Of a stretch of DNA of 64,000 nt, positions 36,602 to 46,804 are shown piece by piece; the stretch's first letter is position 1; each line of letters starts with the position of its first letter. The stretch is from a virus. The stretch spans positions 32,001 to 96,000 of IMG/VR virus record IMGVR_UViG_3300046799_000011. One strand, written 5' to 3'. The position numbers and the translations under genes are program-made. The notes below the pieces were generated by a model. That model saw only the letters and a list, made by a program, of their open reading frames with translations, had not been told where the DNA came from and did no database searches.

Positions 36602-37207
36602 TTAGATGTAATAGCTAAGGCCATTAAGAGACGCCCAAGGGGGTTGGTCTGTTGTTGTATTAGTTCCTACCAGTGCCGCTGTTCCGTCAGTACGAAAATC
36701 TGCTTTAAGCGAATTAACTGTACTGGAAGCGGAAGAACATGCAGCAGCTAAAGATCTCAGCGTACTTGGTCTGGCTGCCACAGGGATGGTAGAACACCAG
36801 TCTCCCGCGTTAGCAATAGTACTGCTGGGGTAGGTAATATTAAGACCGCCCTTTAAGTTAACTTTAACAGAATTAAATTCACTTACGATTTGAAATTGTG
36901 GAGTTCCATTACTATTACCGTTCCCGGTGAAGCCACTGAGGATAGTAAAGTTGGTCCAGTCCTGTATCAATAAGAAAGAGGAAGTGTTAGCAAAGTACAT
37001 GGGCTTGGTAAGATCCCCGCCGTTGAACGCTACCCATACAGTTGTTCCCACTAAGGGGATTGGCAAACCAAAGTTAACTGGTTCTGCTGATCTAATTTCC
37101 GCTGTCCCAGCAACTTGTGGGCACTGTACTTTAATCTTACCCAAACCCGTGGGATCTGCTGTGGAAGTTACAAGGGCTCTATACAGGGCCTCATACTTAG
37201 GTTGCAT
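36602..37207 (-). CDS. Baseplate spike (gpV/gp5 OB-fold)
   Basis: YRALV....DP.GLG.IKVQCPQV...P.VG..VWVAF.GGD...P. Confidence 0.88.
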   Translation of the reverse strand: MQPKYEALYRALVTSTADPTGLGKIKVQCPQVAGTAEIRSAEPVNFGLPIPLVGTTVWVAFNGGDLTKPMYFANTSSFLLIQDWTNFTILSGFTGNGNSNGTPQFQIVSEFNSVKVNLKGGLNITYPSSTIANAGDWCSTIPVAARPSTLRSLAAACSSASSTVNSLKADFRTDGTAALVGTNTTTDQPPWASLNGLSYYI

Positions 37208-38438
37208 ATACTGTCGCTCCTATATTAGCGGATCTCCACTTACCTCCCACGAGTTTAGCACCTACTCGCTTAGTTATATCCTGTGTCTCTGCCAAGGCTG
37301 TGGTATTAGCTGTATAGATTTGGTCCCTTACCAATTCGGTTTCCGTGGTATATGTTGCGTCAGTCTTACTGCCTGTCGGTGCTGCCTTAGTTAGATGGTG
37401 AGTAGCACATTGTATTAACCATAAGCCAGCGTCATCAGAAGGTAAGGCAGACCCAATAAGACTTACCAAAGTATTGGGACGTATACGAGCATCCCCACGT
37501 AGTTCTGTATCAGCAGTATTCCAATAGATATTACGCAGAGAATCCGCACTTACTTTCTGGGAAGCCTCATAGTAAGACTCTGCCGGAGCTGCTGTGTAGT
37601 ACTTTGTAATATAAGAAGCTACTGGTGTTGTATTAGTAGGTGACACATTTACACTGGAAAGTGCGGTAGCTTGGGTAAGGGTATTCGTAGTTGGATTAAG
37701 GCCAACTACATTTCTATTAGCAACAATACCGCCATCAGGTGTAATAGTTCCTACTACTGGAGTAAACTTTCTTACCGTGTCCCATAGTCCTGGCTGATTG
37801 TATGACCAGAACTGTGGGACATTTCTAGTATTTCTACTATCCAGAATCTGCTTAGGGTTTATGAAATATAGGTCTGTATTATCTACGTAGAATCTAAAAC
37901 CTATTTCGTCTGCCAGTTGTGCCAGGAACTTGAAGTCACTGGAGTTTTGTAGCCGGTAGTCAATAGCGGACTGGTAAGTATGAATGATTCCCCGGAAACC
38001 ATTCTTAGTAGCTATGGCTCCTGCAATAGCGGAAGGGCTGGTATGCTTCCATGCCACATTGTTAGTTGACTGCATTGTCTGTGACGCACCCGTTATGGTG
38101 TACTGCACCGTAGTAGTAGATATATTGTTATACCCTGGGTCCTTACCTGTACGAATAAGTTTATAGGAAGAAACATAACCAACAAAAGGAACTACGTAAT
38201 GCGGCTTCTGCCCATAGTTAATCTGAATAGGTGTCTGTTCCTTTAGATAACTCCACTTATGTGAAGTACCTACACCTGACGTGCCTATGCTCTTGCCTAC
38301 ATAAACCACATCTAAGAATGCCACAGGGTGTGCGTTGGTCTTCTGCACGATAGTTAGCTTGGGAGTGTACTGAGGCAGCGGGGTAATACCGTTGGTGAAT
38401 ACCTCAAAATACGGAAGTGACGGAGAGGAATTAAGCAT
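37197..38438 (-). CDS. Baseplate hub (GpD/VgrG-like)
   Basis: GYV...I.G.S..M...IA.KNG...Q..SDF.FL..LA..IG...GD..IRP...G.W.I...H. Confidence 0.82.
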   Translation of the reverse strand: MLNSSPSLPYFEVFTNGITPLPQYTPKLTIVQKTNAHPVAFLDVVYVGKSIGTSGVGTSHKWSYLKEQTPIQINYGQKPHYVVPFVGYVSSYKLIRTGKDPGYNNISTTTVQYTITGASQTMQSTNNVAWKHTSPSAIAGAIATKNGFRGIIHTYQSAIDYRLQNSSDFKFLAQLADEIGFRFYVDNTDLYFINPKQILDSRNTRNVPQFWSYNQPGLWDTVRKFTPVVGTITPDGGIVANRNVVGLNPTTNTLTQATALSSVNVSPTNTTPVASYITKYYTAAPAESYYEASQKVSADSLRNIYWNTADTELRGDARIRPNTLVSLIGSALPSDDAGLWLIQCATHHLTKAAPTGSKTDATYTTETELVRDQIYTANTTALAETQDITKRVGAKLVGGKWRSANIGATVYAT

Positions 38439-38712
38439 TCGGTACTCTAATCTGTGTGCCCGCAGTTATATCATTCCACATAAGGATCTCAGGATTGGCA
38501 TCTGCAATTCTCCACCACTGAGTTTCATCCCCATAAGCAGAGGAAGCCAGGTAATCAATCTGGTCACCTGTCTGCCATTCATAAGTACTAATGCTATAGG
38601 TTACAGAATTGGTAGGAGGTTCAATGATTATGGTTGATCTAGTTACCCCAGACTTATCCATAATCGGCGTAACAGTGTTGTCAGCGTAGCGGCTGAATAG
38701 GCTTATAGTCAT
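38431..38712 (-). CDS. LysM/tail X-like baseplate protein
   Basis: GDQIDYLA...YGD...WWRIADANPE...G..IRVP. Confidence 0.88.
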   Translation of the reverse strand: MTISLFSRYADNTVTPIMDKSGVTRSTIIIEPPTNSVTYSISTYEWQTGDQIDYLASSAYGDETQWWRIADANPEILMWNDITAGTQIRVPNA

Positions 38713-38714
38713 GG

Positions 38715-39500
38715 TTACCCTGTGCTCACACTTCCAGCTAGTTCGGACAATACGGTAAAACCAACATCTACTGCACAACGAGCAGGTGTCATAGTTGATG
38801 TGAAATGCGTATAGGTAATATCGATACTGCTGACATAACCGAAGTAAGACAAGGCACCCTTGGAATGGTTACCGAAGATCAGCTTAACAGGACTGAATGT
38901 CATTGGGCCCTGAACAACGTTAGTAGCTCTTCCTGGAACATCTCCAGTTCCCGTGAAAGGAACTACGCTACTTGTGTTCTGCACACTCAATTGGTTGATT
39001 CCCAGTAGGTTATAGAAAGCCTCAATGTCTACACGGACACCATATACACCAGATAGAGAATCCTTGTAAGACTTATCCCACAACTCAAATGTTCTGTCGA
39101 ATAGCAAAGAGAAGCCTAATGTTGTATTCAGTGTTGTTGCGTAGGTACCAGGGTCATCAGGATTTCTTGCGTAAGACGGAAGTACCCCGCTGTTAAGGTC
39201 AATAGAACGACTCTCCGAAATAGTGGAAGGGTTGTAAAGGAAGTTCACGCGGTACTGTGTACTTCCTTTGGCCCCCTTGATTGCTCCAGCCCCACCTATA
39301 AGTAATCCTCGGTAAAGACTTCCACCACCAGTATTGAACTGGTTGTTAGGGGAAGGGTTGATGGCCTTGTTTGCTCCACCTACAGTAAGGATATTAGGGT
39401 GGAAAGGCGGGTTCTGATAAACAATAGTCCCTGGCTTTCCTCCGATAGCCTGATATTGTGTACCGGAAATAGGCTCATTAAATAAGAAGTTCAGAGACAT
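38715..39500 (-). CDS. Tail tube initiator / baseplate tube-like protein
   Basis: FLYNPS.IS...F.LLFDRT...GYVSSI..TYTHF...MTP.RC.V. Confidence 0.75.
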   Translation of the reverse strand: MSLNFLFNEPISGTQYQAIGGKPGTIVYQNPPFHPNILTVGGANKAINPSPNNQFNTGGGSLYRGLLIGGAGAIKGAKGSTQYRVNFLYNPSTISESRSIDLNSGVLPSYARNPDDPGTYATTLNTTLGFSLLFDRTFELWDKSYKDSLSGVYGVRVDIEAFYNLLGINQLSVQNTSSVVPFTGTGDVPGRATNVVQGPMTFSPVKLIFGNHSKGALSYFGYVSSIDITYTHFTSTMTPARCAVDVGFTVLSELAGSVSTG

Positions 39501-42460
39501 TATTGTCCGATCTGTAGATTCTTGATACGAAGCTGCTCATCCATGGCATCTACGATCATCTTACCTGTTAGCTTTGCCTCTGTGGCAGTACCTGAATAAC
39601 CAGTAGGTAATGTGACATAGATATTACCTACCTGAACTGAACTGCTTGAGGATCCCTTAGTCAGATTAGGGTTGAACGTATTGTTCAATAGTGTCTGACG
39701 AATAGTCTCAGCCTGATCGGCAGGGATAATCATCTCACCCTTGTGAACTGTAGCTCCCTGATCCTTGTCAATATTCCAAGCACCAGCGGCATACCAATTG
39801 TTCTTCTGGTGGAATGACCATGCCTTTGACGGAGAACCATAACGACTGTCGATATAACTCATCATCCAACGAAGCTGAGTCTCACCGTTGGTCTTCCAGT
39901 CGCTTCCCGCACTGTTGTACTTGGATGCTGGAAGAGCCTGAGCTAATCCATAGGCACCAGAGGAAGCATTCTTAGCCTTAGGATTCCAGCCAGCCTCTGA
40001 CATTTCCAGGGCATTGAAGTCATCCCACTGTCCTGCCCAACCGTACTGACCTAGCAGTTTCTTGGCGTAAGACTTTAGAGAGGAAGTCTTGTTACTACCC
40101 GAACCAACTACTGATGTAGGGGATGAAGTAGTTGCCTGAGAAGATGTTGAACTTGTCATACCTACGCTACCGCCTGCGCTGGTTCCTCCTAGAGCAGACA
40201 TGATTGCAGCTAATTCAGAAGTTCCACCATAAGATCCTCCGATATTACCTCCGGAATTTCCGGCTGTGTCATTCTGAGTATCTGATGAAGTACTGTCCCC
40301 ATTTGTAAGAGACTTCATATCCCCGACTGATCCAAGGATTCTTCTGGCATTTGTGAACTCTCCTGGAGAGAACTTACGGATACGAACCTTCAGACCTGTA
40401 CGTGGAGCTTCAATGATCTGACCGCCACCAATAGCCATAACAACGTGGTGGGCAGGATTACCACTGAATAGCAAATCTCCGGGCTGAACCTTATTAGTAT
40501 CTACTGGCTTACCAATCTTCTGCTGAGCAGCGGCAACACGAGGAAGTTTTACTCCAGCCTTACCGTAAGCCCATTGCATTAATCCGGAACAGTCAAAACC
40601 TTTTGGACCTGTTCCGCCCCAGATATAAGGCTTACCTAGATTCTTCTCGGCATAGCCAATAACTTCTGCGGCGGTTGCCCCGCTGTTAGTTCCGGTAGCT
40701 CCACCGCCCGTGTTGGTAGTTCCAGTTGAACCACCTCCGCTAACACCATCCGTGGAAGTAGAACGTCCATGGGAACCAAAAGGATTCAGGGCACCTAACC
40801 AGGATTCTTCGTTATTCCCATTCCACTTATCCCAAAGACGCTTTGCCATATTACCTTGCAGAGCAGCAATACCTATAGGACCAGCAGCGAACAATCCAGC
40901 CTTACCTATAACATTGGCATAGCCTGGCACACCTGTTCCGGCATTGGCAGCCTGTTGTTCCTTACCACCCATCCACCAACCAGTAGCAGCAGAGGCTCCC
41001 ATAACAGTTGCACCTAAACCTAAGGGCCCTGCCATACTTAAACGACTACCCGCAGTAGCGCCTAGTGACGTAATATTGTAGGCTCCGCTTGCTCCACGGG
41101 TAGCATTGATAAGACCCCCAGCAACGCCCCCACCGCCCCCGCCAAAGCCCCCAAATAGGCGGGCAGCACCTAGGAGACCCATGCCCGCTCCGAAGCCGCT
41201 AGAGAGCCCTCCTAGGGCTCCTGAGATAGGAGACAGAGCACCACTTGCGCCACCAATTAGCTTGTCCATACCAGTAGCTTGTAGAGTAGCGGTAAGGGCT
41301 TGACTGAACTTGGTTACGGCTTTAGTAGCAGTATCAAATGCGGGGGCTAGACTTTCCAGAATATCTTCTTGTCTTGTCAGACGAGTGGCATTAAGGTTTC
41401 TCTGGTTTTCAAACATGGAAGTTCCCATGCCTGTTGTCTTAGCCAATTGATTAATAGCTGACTTGTTTCCGCCTGAGGCTTGTCCTAGCAAGTTGTAATA
41501 CTTACTCTCGGACATTCCCTTGTTCTGTGCGGCTACCTGTCCCTGAAGAACATTACGGTATTCCTGTACAGTACTCTGATTCCAGCCCATAGCTTGACCG
41601 AAGTACTGCAAGTTAACGTCAAGAGATCCACCCTGAGACAGCGCGGCACTCATTTGTCTATTAGACAGAGCTTGCTTACCGAATGTACGGGACATAATAG
41701 ACTGGGCGATAGCCCCCATCGTATTAGGTTTTCCACCAGCAAGGATAGGGCTAGCCAAACCTAACGCGGGAGCAACCATAGTTGCACGGGCAGAGAAGGT
41801 TTGCTGCGCTGCTAGCGCGCCGCCATAAGCACCCTGGGTTGGATTAGCGTACGCAAAACCTCCGGCTTGTCTCATACCAGAAGTGAAAGCCGGATTAGCT
41901 TGGCCATTGAACTGAGAGTTACCGAATGTATATTGATTCAGATAACCAGATCTAGCAGCGTCTGTCGCATTCAATGCTGCGTAGTTATTACTGAATACCT
42001 GACGTTGTGCTGTTACAGCTCCGGCTCTTCCACCGCCACCAGCTACGGATGCCTGCGTACCAAAGTAGTCCATCTGCATATTAGTGGACATATTCTTATT
42101 GGCGTAACTAGTAAGGGCAGAAGCCACACCCATTACAGCGCCACCAGTAGCAGACATACGGGACATACCCATAAGGTTACCGAACTGGCCACCTCCGCCG
42201 TTAGCTGCTCCACCCCTCTGGGAACCTACAGTAAATCTACCGCCGCCTCCATTAGAGGAATAGGTATTTCTATTGGAATTGTTATTCCAATTACTTTCCA
42301 TTCCGTAGCTACTAGCACTTGAGGAACGTGTAGTTGCACTAGCAAATTGCCCAATGCTATTGGTAAGCTTTCCTACTTGAGACGTCAAAGAAGCAACCGC
42401 CTGCTGTAGACCGTTGGTCCCCAACAAGCGGCTGGCTCCGATGTTATTTTCCTCAGCCAC
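39500..42460 (-). CDS. Tape measure protein with NlpC/P60 peptidase and lytic transglycosylase-like domains
   Basis: Gly/Ala-rich helical N-half; PYIWGG...FDCSGL...PGDLLF...HV; E.GWNP.A.N.SSGAYGL.QALP. Confidence 0.92.
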   Translation of the reverse strand: MAEENNIGASRLLGTNGLQQAVASLTSQVGKLTNSIGQFASATTRSSSASSYGMESNWNNNSNRNTYSSNGGGGRFTVGSQRGGAANGGGGQFGNLMGMSRMSATGGAVMGVASALTSYANKNMSTNMQMDYFGTQASVAGGGGRAGAVTAQRQVFSNNYAALNATDAARSGYLNQYTFGNSQFNGQANPAFTSGMRQAGGFAYANPTQGAYGGALAAQQTFSARATMVAPALGLASPILAGGKPNTMGAIAQSIMSRTFGKQALSNRQMSAALSQGGSLDVNLQYFGQAMGWNQSTVQEYRNVLQGQVAAQNKGMSESKYYNLLGQASGGNKSAINQLAKTTGMGTSMFENQRNLNATRLTRQEDILESLAPAFDTATKAVTKFSQALTATLQATGMDKLIGGASGALSPISGALGGLSSGFGAGMGLLGAARLFGGFGGGGGGVAGGLINATRGASGAYNITSLGATAGSRLSMAGPLGLGATVMGASAATGWWMGGKEQQAANAGTGVPGYANVIGKAGLFAAGPIGIAALQGNMAKRLWDKWNGNNEESWLGALNPFGSHGRSTSTDGVSGGGSTGTTNTGGGATGTNSGATAAEVIGYAEKNLGKPYIWGGTGPKGFDCSGLMQWAYGKAGVKLPRVAAAQQKIGKPVDTNKVQPGDLLFSGNPAHHVVMAIGGGQIIEAPRTGLKVRIRKFSPGEFTNARRILGSVGDMKSLTNGDSTSSDTQNDTAGNSGGNIGGSYGGTSELAAIMSALGGTSAGGSVGMTSSTSSQATTSSPTSVVGSGSNKTSSLKSYAKKLLGQYGWAGQWDDFNALEMSEAGWNPKAKNASSGAYGLAQALPASKYNSAGSDWKTNGETQLRWMMSYIDSRYGSPSKAWSFHQKNNWYAAGAWNIDKDQGATVHKGEMIIPADQAETIRQTLLNNTFNPNLTKGSSSSSVQVGNIYVTLPTGYSGTATEAKLTGKMIVDAMDEQLRIKNLQIGQ

Positions 42461-42498
42461 TTGAGACTCCTAAAGTAAAGTTGTTACTTTCAATTATA

Positions 42499-42735
42499 TT
42501 ACCTATAAGGCACTCCACCGAAAGTGACATCTTGACCCACGGATCTCATATTGACCTGAGTTGAATTATTAAGTTGGTGCATTCTATCGTATTCTTGCTC
42601 CAGCTTATAGAGATATCTTTTGATCCAATGCTTTCGTTCTCTGTAAGTAAGCCTACGTATTTCTACAAGAGGCCAATGGAATGCATCTGTAAGTTGTTCG
42701 TACTCTTTGTATAAACTCCTATAGTCAGAGTTCAC
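42499..42735 (-). CDS. Tail assembly chaperone, downstream (T-like) segment
   Basis: LYKEY..L...FHW...EI..L...ERK.W; overlaps upstream chaperone; precedes tape measure. Confidence 0.7.
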   Translation of the reverse strand: MNSDYRSLYKEYEQLTDAFHWPLVEIRRLTYRERKHWIKRYLYKLEQEYDRMHQLNNSTQVNMRSVGQDVTFGGVPYR

Positions 42736-43588
42736 GAAACAGGATACCCACGTTCAGTGGGACAGGAACCTCTCCTTCACAGGAGGAACACTGAGCTGTT
42801 ACTTGGTCGTATCGTGGACCAGGTTGGTTGTCATAGATGTAGTCTCTAAGGGTATTTCTATCCGCAAGACCCAAGGACTTCACATCAGCTAAGCCGTTGG
42901 ACATCTTCTCTGTTCCGTCAGCTTCTACAAAGGAGATTACACACTCAGCCAAAGTCAGAGAATTCATTTCCGGAACCGTAAGACTATTCTTAAAGATCTC
43001 ATTCTGTACTGCACCAGTAGGGAACTGTACCTTGGCCTTACGCCCCTTGCGAAGATCTATAAGAAACTCCCTAGACTCGGGATCTTCTAATTCCTTTACA
43101 GGGATGTTCTTAAGATCTAATTCCAAGTCATTCAGCTCATTGCAGTGAGGGCATTCTATTTCAAATACCTCAAAGGTATCTCCAAAGGTAGCTCTACGAA
43201 TACCTAGCATTAGCATATCCAAGTCACCTTGTAGAAGGCTGTCCAGTAGTCCAGCGGTAACCGGCTTACTTCCTATTGTTACTGCTCCGCACAGTAGTAA
43301 AGTATTGACATACTTGGCGGGATTATTAGAAGTACGCGCCTTGGCTAACTTCTCTTCGTGATCACCAGTAAGTTCCTGAACTTCCGCGTCTTGTACTACT
43401 CGACCATCTATGATAATTCCGGCAGGTAGCTTTACATAAGTGTCAGGCATATCACCGATAACAGGGGCAGGGCTAAGGGATTGCAGTACTTTCTTTGTAA
43501 GAGAATTAAGATCTGCATTCTCGGCGTTAACTACCTGCCCCTGACTGTCATCGAAAGTCATAGAGTACTGAGGCATCTGCTGTTCCAT
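42725..43588 (-). CDS. Tail/baseplate assembly chaperone (T4 gp26-like, two CxxC)
   Basis: V.LPAG...ELTG.HEE...GD.D.L.LGIRRATFG...CPHC...CSSC. Confidence 0.78.
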   Translation of the reverse strand: MEQQMPQYSMTFDDSQGQVVNAENADLNSLTKKVLQSLSPAPVIGDMPDTYVKLPAGIIIDGRVVQDAEVQELTGDHEEKLAKARTSNNPAKYVNTLLLCGAVTIGSKPVTAGLLDSLLQGDLDMLMLGIRRATFGDTFEVFEIECPHCNELNDLELDLKNIPVKELEDPESREFLIDLRKGRKAKVQFPTGAVQNEIFKNSLTVPEMNSLTLAECVISFVEADGTEKMSNGLADVKSLGLADRNTLRDYIYDNQPGPRYDQVTAQCSSCEGEVPVPLNVGILFREL

Positions 43589-43632
43589 ACATTCTCCAAA
43601 TATTGTCACGAAAATTATTACATCATTCTAGC

Positions 43633-44208
43633 TTAAAAACTAACGCCATTCAGTCCCGTAGTTGAGGCCAGCTTGAAGTCAAAGCCCTCATGAGCTAGAG
43701 AAAGCTGCTGCATAAGTACTGCATTGGCTCCCGCGTCTAGGTCAGAGAATGCAATGCTTGTTGGCCATGCATTATACACACGATAGATGGCCTTGACAGG
43801 AACAATAGAAGTAGTTACTGGATGGTCCAAAACCATAATGTCTACTGTCGCACGGAAGTCCTGGCCTGGTGCACCTGTACCAGTACCTTGTTGTACCTTA
43901 AATAGTTCTAGCATCCATTGCCACATAGGACCTGAACCCACAGCAACACCCTGAGATAGGGTAATTGGTGCGAAGTCACTCTGCCCTGGCATCTTCTGAG
44001 TAGTTGTGTTCATTCCGCCCTCACGGTACGGAATCACCTCAGTTGTGATGTTAAGACCTGAAACAGTCATAAAGCCCAAGGTCGCAAAGCCCTTGATGTG
44101 GGGGTGCATGATATTCACATTGAACTTAAAGTTTCTTAAGGGATCCGTCGCCAAGTGAGCAATAGACGGAGTTGCCTTTGCGAGAGGCGCGGCATTTGTT
44201 GTAGCCAT
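43633..44208 (-). CDS. Tail tube protein (gp19 family)
   Basis: DPLRNFKF...VSGL....EVIPYREGG...KMPG...ITL..G...NAWP...L.HEG. Confidence 0.93.
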   Translation of the reverse strand: MATTNAAPLAKATPSIAHLATDPLRNFKFNVNIMHPHIKGFATLGFMTVSGLNITTEVIPYREGGMNTTTQKMPGQSDFAPITLSQGVAVGSGPMWQWMLELFKVQQGTGTGAPGQDFRATVDIMVLDHPVTTSIVPVKAIYRVYNAWPTSIAFSDLDAGANAVLMQQLSLAHEGFDFKLASTTGLNGVSF

Positions 44209-44219
44209 TTAGTTACTCC

Positions 44220-46127
44220 TTAGGATGAAGTGGTTGAAGAAGAGGCCATCTGGTTAATATCAATAACGATGAACTCAGCAGGACTATTCAAAGCCAATCC
44301 AACCTGAATATGAACTTCACCAGAAGCGATTGAGGTAGGTGTGTTATTTCCAGAGTCACACTCAACGAAGTAGGCTTGGTCAGCGGTATCTCCTTGAAGA
44401 ACACCCTGCTGCCAAATTCCCTGCAAGTACTGAGTAACAATAGCGCTCAGTGTTGCCCATAGCGTGGAGTTGTTATTCTCGAAGATAGCGATCTGAGTAA
44501 TCTCTTCCAGATTTCTGGTGATACTCATAAGCGTACGCTGAATAGAAACGTAACGGTTAGGAACATTTGTCAGCAGAGTTCTAGCGCCCATAACACATAC
44601 ACCATAGCTGGAAACATTACGGATAATATTTACACCATTTGTATTAAGGGTATCAAGATTACTGTTCTGGAATGGAAGCTCTGTGCTTGCTACTCTCTGT
44701 ACTGGAATTGTTACACCAGCAGGAGACTTCTGAACACCGAAGCGGGCATCAGTCTGAGAGTACAAACCAAGTACAGCCCCACCAGGCGGAAGCTTTCTTG
44801 TAGCTCCGGGTGTTGAGGAGATAGGGTCTGGAATATTTAACCAAGGGGCGTAAAGGGATACGGAAGCGGAAGGAACGATTTCAGAGTTTCCTACTACCAT
44901 TGCAAGGTAGTTATTCACTGTTGCGGACTCAGAAGGAGTAACACCATCAGAACCAATGATTGCCTGAGGCGCATCTACGACTACGAAGATGTTCTCTTGT
45001 GTGGTTGTCCAGGCCAGTACTGGATTCAGCGTAGTAGTGTCGGTAACTCCTGGCAGATTAAGATCCAGGTTTCCTTCAATAGTAGAAAGTCTCTGTGTGG
45101 CTGTTAGAAGGCTTGGAGTTGCTACACCATCAGATCCTCCACTGAGAGCTGTTGCGCTCTGTAGACGTGGAGTTATGTCTGTTGTCCAGGTAGTGTAGGC
45201 ACCTAGGTCCGTTGCCTGAATGTACTTTGATCCCAGTAGTGTTGAGTTAACCATAGCTACGGCATAGCGCTGGTCTGTACGATCCATAGTTACATCAAGG
45301 AAACGCTCTACGATATTTGAATCCGCAGTTCCGCCGTAACGAACCAATAGATTGAATCGTCCGGCACCGGTTGAGCTATCGGTAATATCAATGTAAATGC
45401 TATTACCCCATACACCCACAGCTACACAAGAAAGCTTAAGGATAGGAACCGCAGTTCCTGTGTTGTTGAATGTAGGAATGGCCCCAGCAGGAGTAAAGGA
45501 ACCGTCGTCAGTGAAGGTAACAGTTGTACGTCCTGACACGGCACCTAGTAGAAGTGGTGTAGCTGTTACACCATCTAGTGTTAGGTTTCTACGATAGATC
45601 TTGTACCCAGTAGTAGCAACAGGAACGTTGGCAGTCCAAGTAACCGTTACCTTGTTAGTGGGAGTCAGTACCTGATTAGCTACTGCTGTAACGGCAATTC
45701 CACCATCAGTCTCACCGGTAGAAGTTGTGGCAGTAACTGTGTACTCATATGTGTAGGAGGGAGTTACTGTTCCCGCAGGAGTAGCAGCAACACCTACAGG
45801 AGGTTGAATGGCACCTACTCCGTCTTCACGGTCATCAAGAGTTTCTGTGGCTGTTACAGCATCAGAAGCAGCGGCACGAACAATGTATGCCTGGTTACCG
45901 TTGTTGGCGAAGTACTGCCATACAGCGAATGGAAGATATGTAGTGGCATTTCCAAATCCACCATACAGGTTAAGGAAATCGTTCCAACTCGTAACAAGAG
46001 TTGGGGCTGTTGGTCCTTGTGTATGTGTACCTACAAAGGCAGCCGTAGACTGTCCTGGGGTTGTAGTCCCAGTAGACAGCGGAGTTAATGAGGTATTTAC
46101 GTATACCCCTGGACGTTGATAAGTCAT
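44220..46127 (-). CDS. Contractile tail sheath protein
   Basis: YQRPGVY, F.G....GP, YFANNG, Y.PW...PP.G, PAG, VN.IR, GARTL, P.EFIVI. Confidence 0.96.
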   Translation of the reverse strand: MTYQRPGVYVNTSLTPLSTGTTTPGQSTAAFVGTHTQGPTAPTLVTSWNDFLNLYGGFGNATTYLPFAVWQYFANNGNQAYIVRAAASDAVTATETLDDREDGVGAIQPPVGVAATPAGTVTPSYTYEYTVTATTSTGETDGGIAVTAVANQVLTPTNKVTVTWTANVPVATTGYKIYRRNLTLDGVTATPLLLGAVSGRTTVTFTDDGSFTPAGAIPTFNNTGTAVPILKLSCVAVGVWGNSIYIDITDSSTGAGRFNLLVRYGGTADSNIVERFLDVTMDRTDQRYAVAMVNSTLLGSKYIQATDLGAYTTWTTDITPRLQSATALSGGSDGVATPSLLTATQRLSTIEGNLDLNLPGVTDTTTLNPVLAWTTTQENIFVVVDAPQAIIGSDGVTPSESATVNNYLAMVVGNSEIVPSASVSLYAPWLNIPDPISSTPGATRKLPPGGAVLGLYSQTDARFGVQKSPAGVTIPVQRVASTELPFQNSNLDTLNTNGVNIIRNVSSYGVCVMGARTLLTNVPNRYVSIQRTLMSITRNLEEITQIAIFENNNSTLWATLSAIVTQYLQGIWQQGVLQGDTADQAYFVECDSGNNTPTSIASGEVHIQVGLALNSPAEFIVIDINQMASSSTTSS

Positions 46128-46174
46128 TAATGTCTCCTAGCTAATTTAAGTAGCGGCTACTATCAGTGTATCGA

Positions 46175-46795
46175 TTAGAGCTGTTGCGGCAGAATAGTGA
46201 TAGTATCCACAACTTCTGTAACCTTAGAGTAGGTATTGATTTCAATGGGAAGAAGTTCTGTAGAAACTCGCACCGTGTATATAGTATGGAATACTCTCTT
46301 GCCATCTGCGTCGTGAGTATTCTGTCTCTCCGGACCTGTCATTACATCTAGTCTTCTCACTGTGCCATCTTCTTCTATAGCAAGGTAGCCGTGGCGAGTA
46401 CTGAAATAATCCGGTCCGGACAATACAGCGGAGAGGAATGTAGAATGCTGATTATTTCTGGATAACACTTCTATTTGATAATCAATATTATACGGTATTG
46501 GAGTGAAACCCCAGTAAGGTGAATCAGTTACGTCATTATTACTGTCACTAATCCAGTCCGGAAAATTCTCAGGAGTATAAGGTAACTGAGCCCAACCTGA
46601 ATGCGCTCTTTCCGCATCGAATGAAATACCAGTATTAGTAATAACGATTGACGGATAAGTAAGATTAACTAACTCAATATCGGAATCAAGCCAGATAACT
46701 TGTACTGGTCTCCCTGTATCAGGCGCGTTAACATCCGTTACTACAAGGTTAGAGAACTTAGCCTTCATAGCCTTGTCCTCATTAAATATGAACAT
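46175..46795 (-). CDS. Tail terminator / neck protein
   Basis: TYP.I.I....I..D.ERAH...PIPYNIDYQI; immediately precedes sheath. Confidence 0.72.
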   Translation of the reverse strand: MFIFNEDKAMKAKFSNLVVTDVNAPDTGRPVQVIWLDSDIELVNLTYPSIVITNTGISFDAERAHSGWAQLPYTPENFPDWISDSNNDVTDSPYWGFTPIPYNIDYQIEVLSRNNQHSTFLSAVLSGPDYFSTRHGYLAIEEDGTVRRLDVMTGPERQNTHDADGKRVFHTIYTVRVSTELLPIEINTYSKVTEVVDTITILPQQL

Positions 46796-46804
46796 CGTTC
46801 CTCC

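Noticed and set aside
29173-46795. Extracellular contractile injection system or tailocin
   Set aside because: Tail genes resemble those systems, but terminase, portal, scaffold, capsid and replication genes show a complete phage
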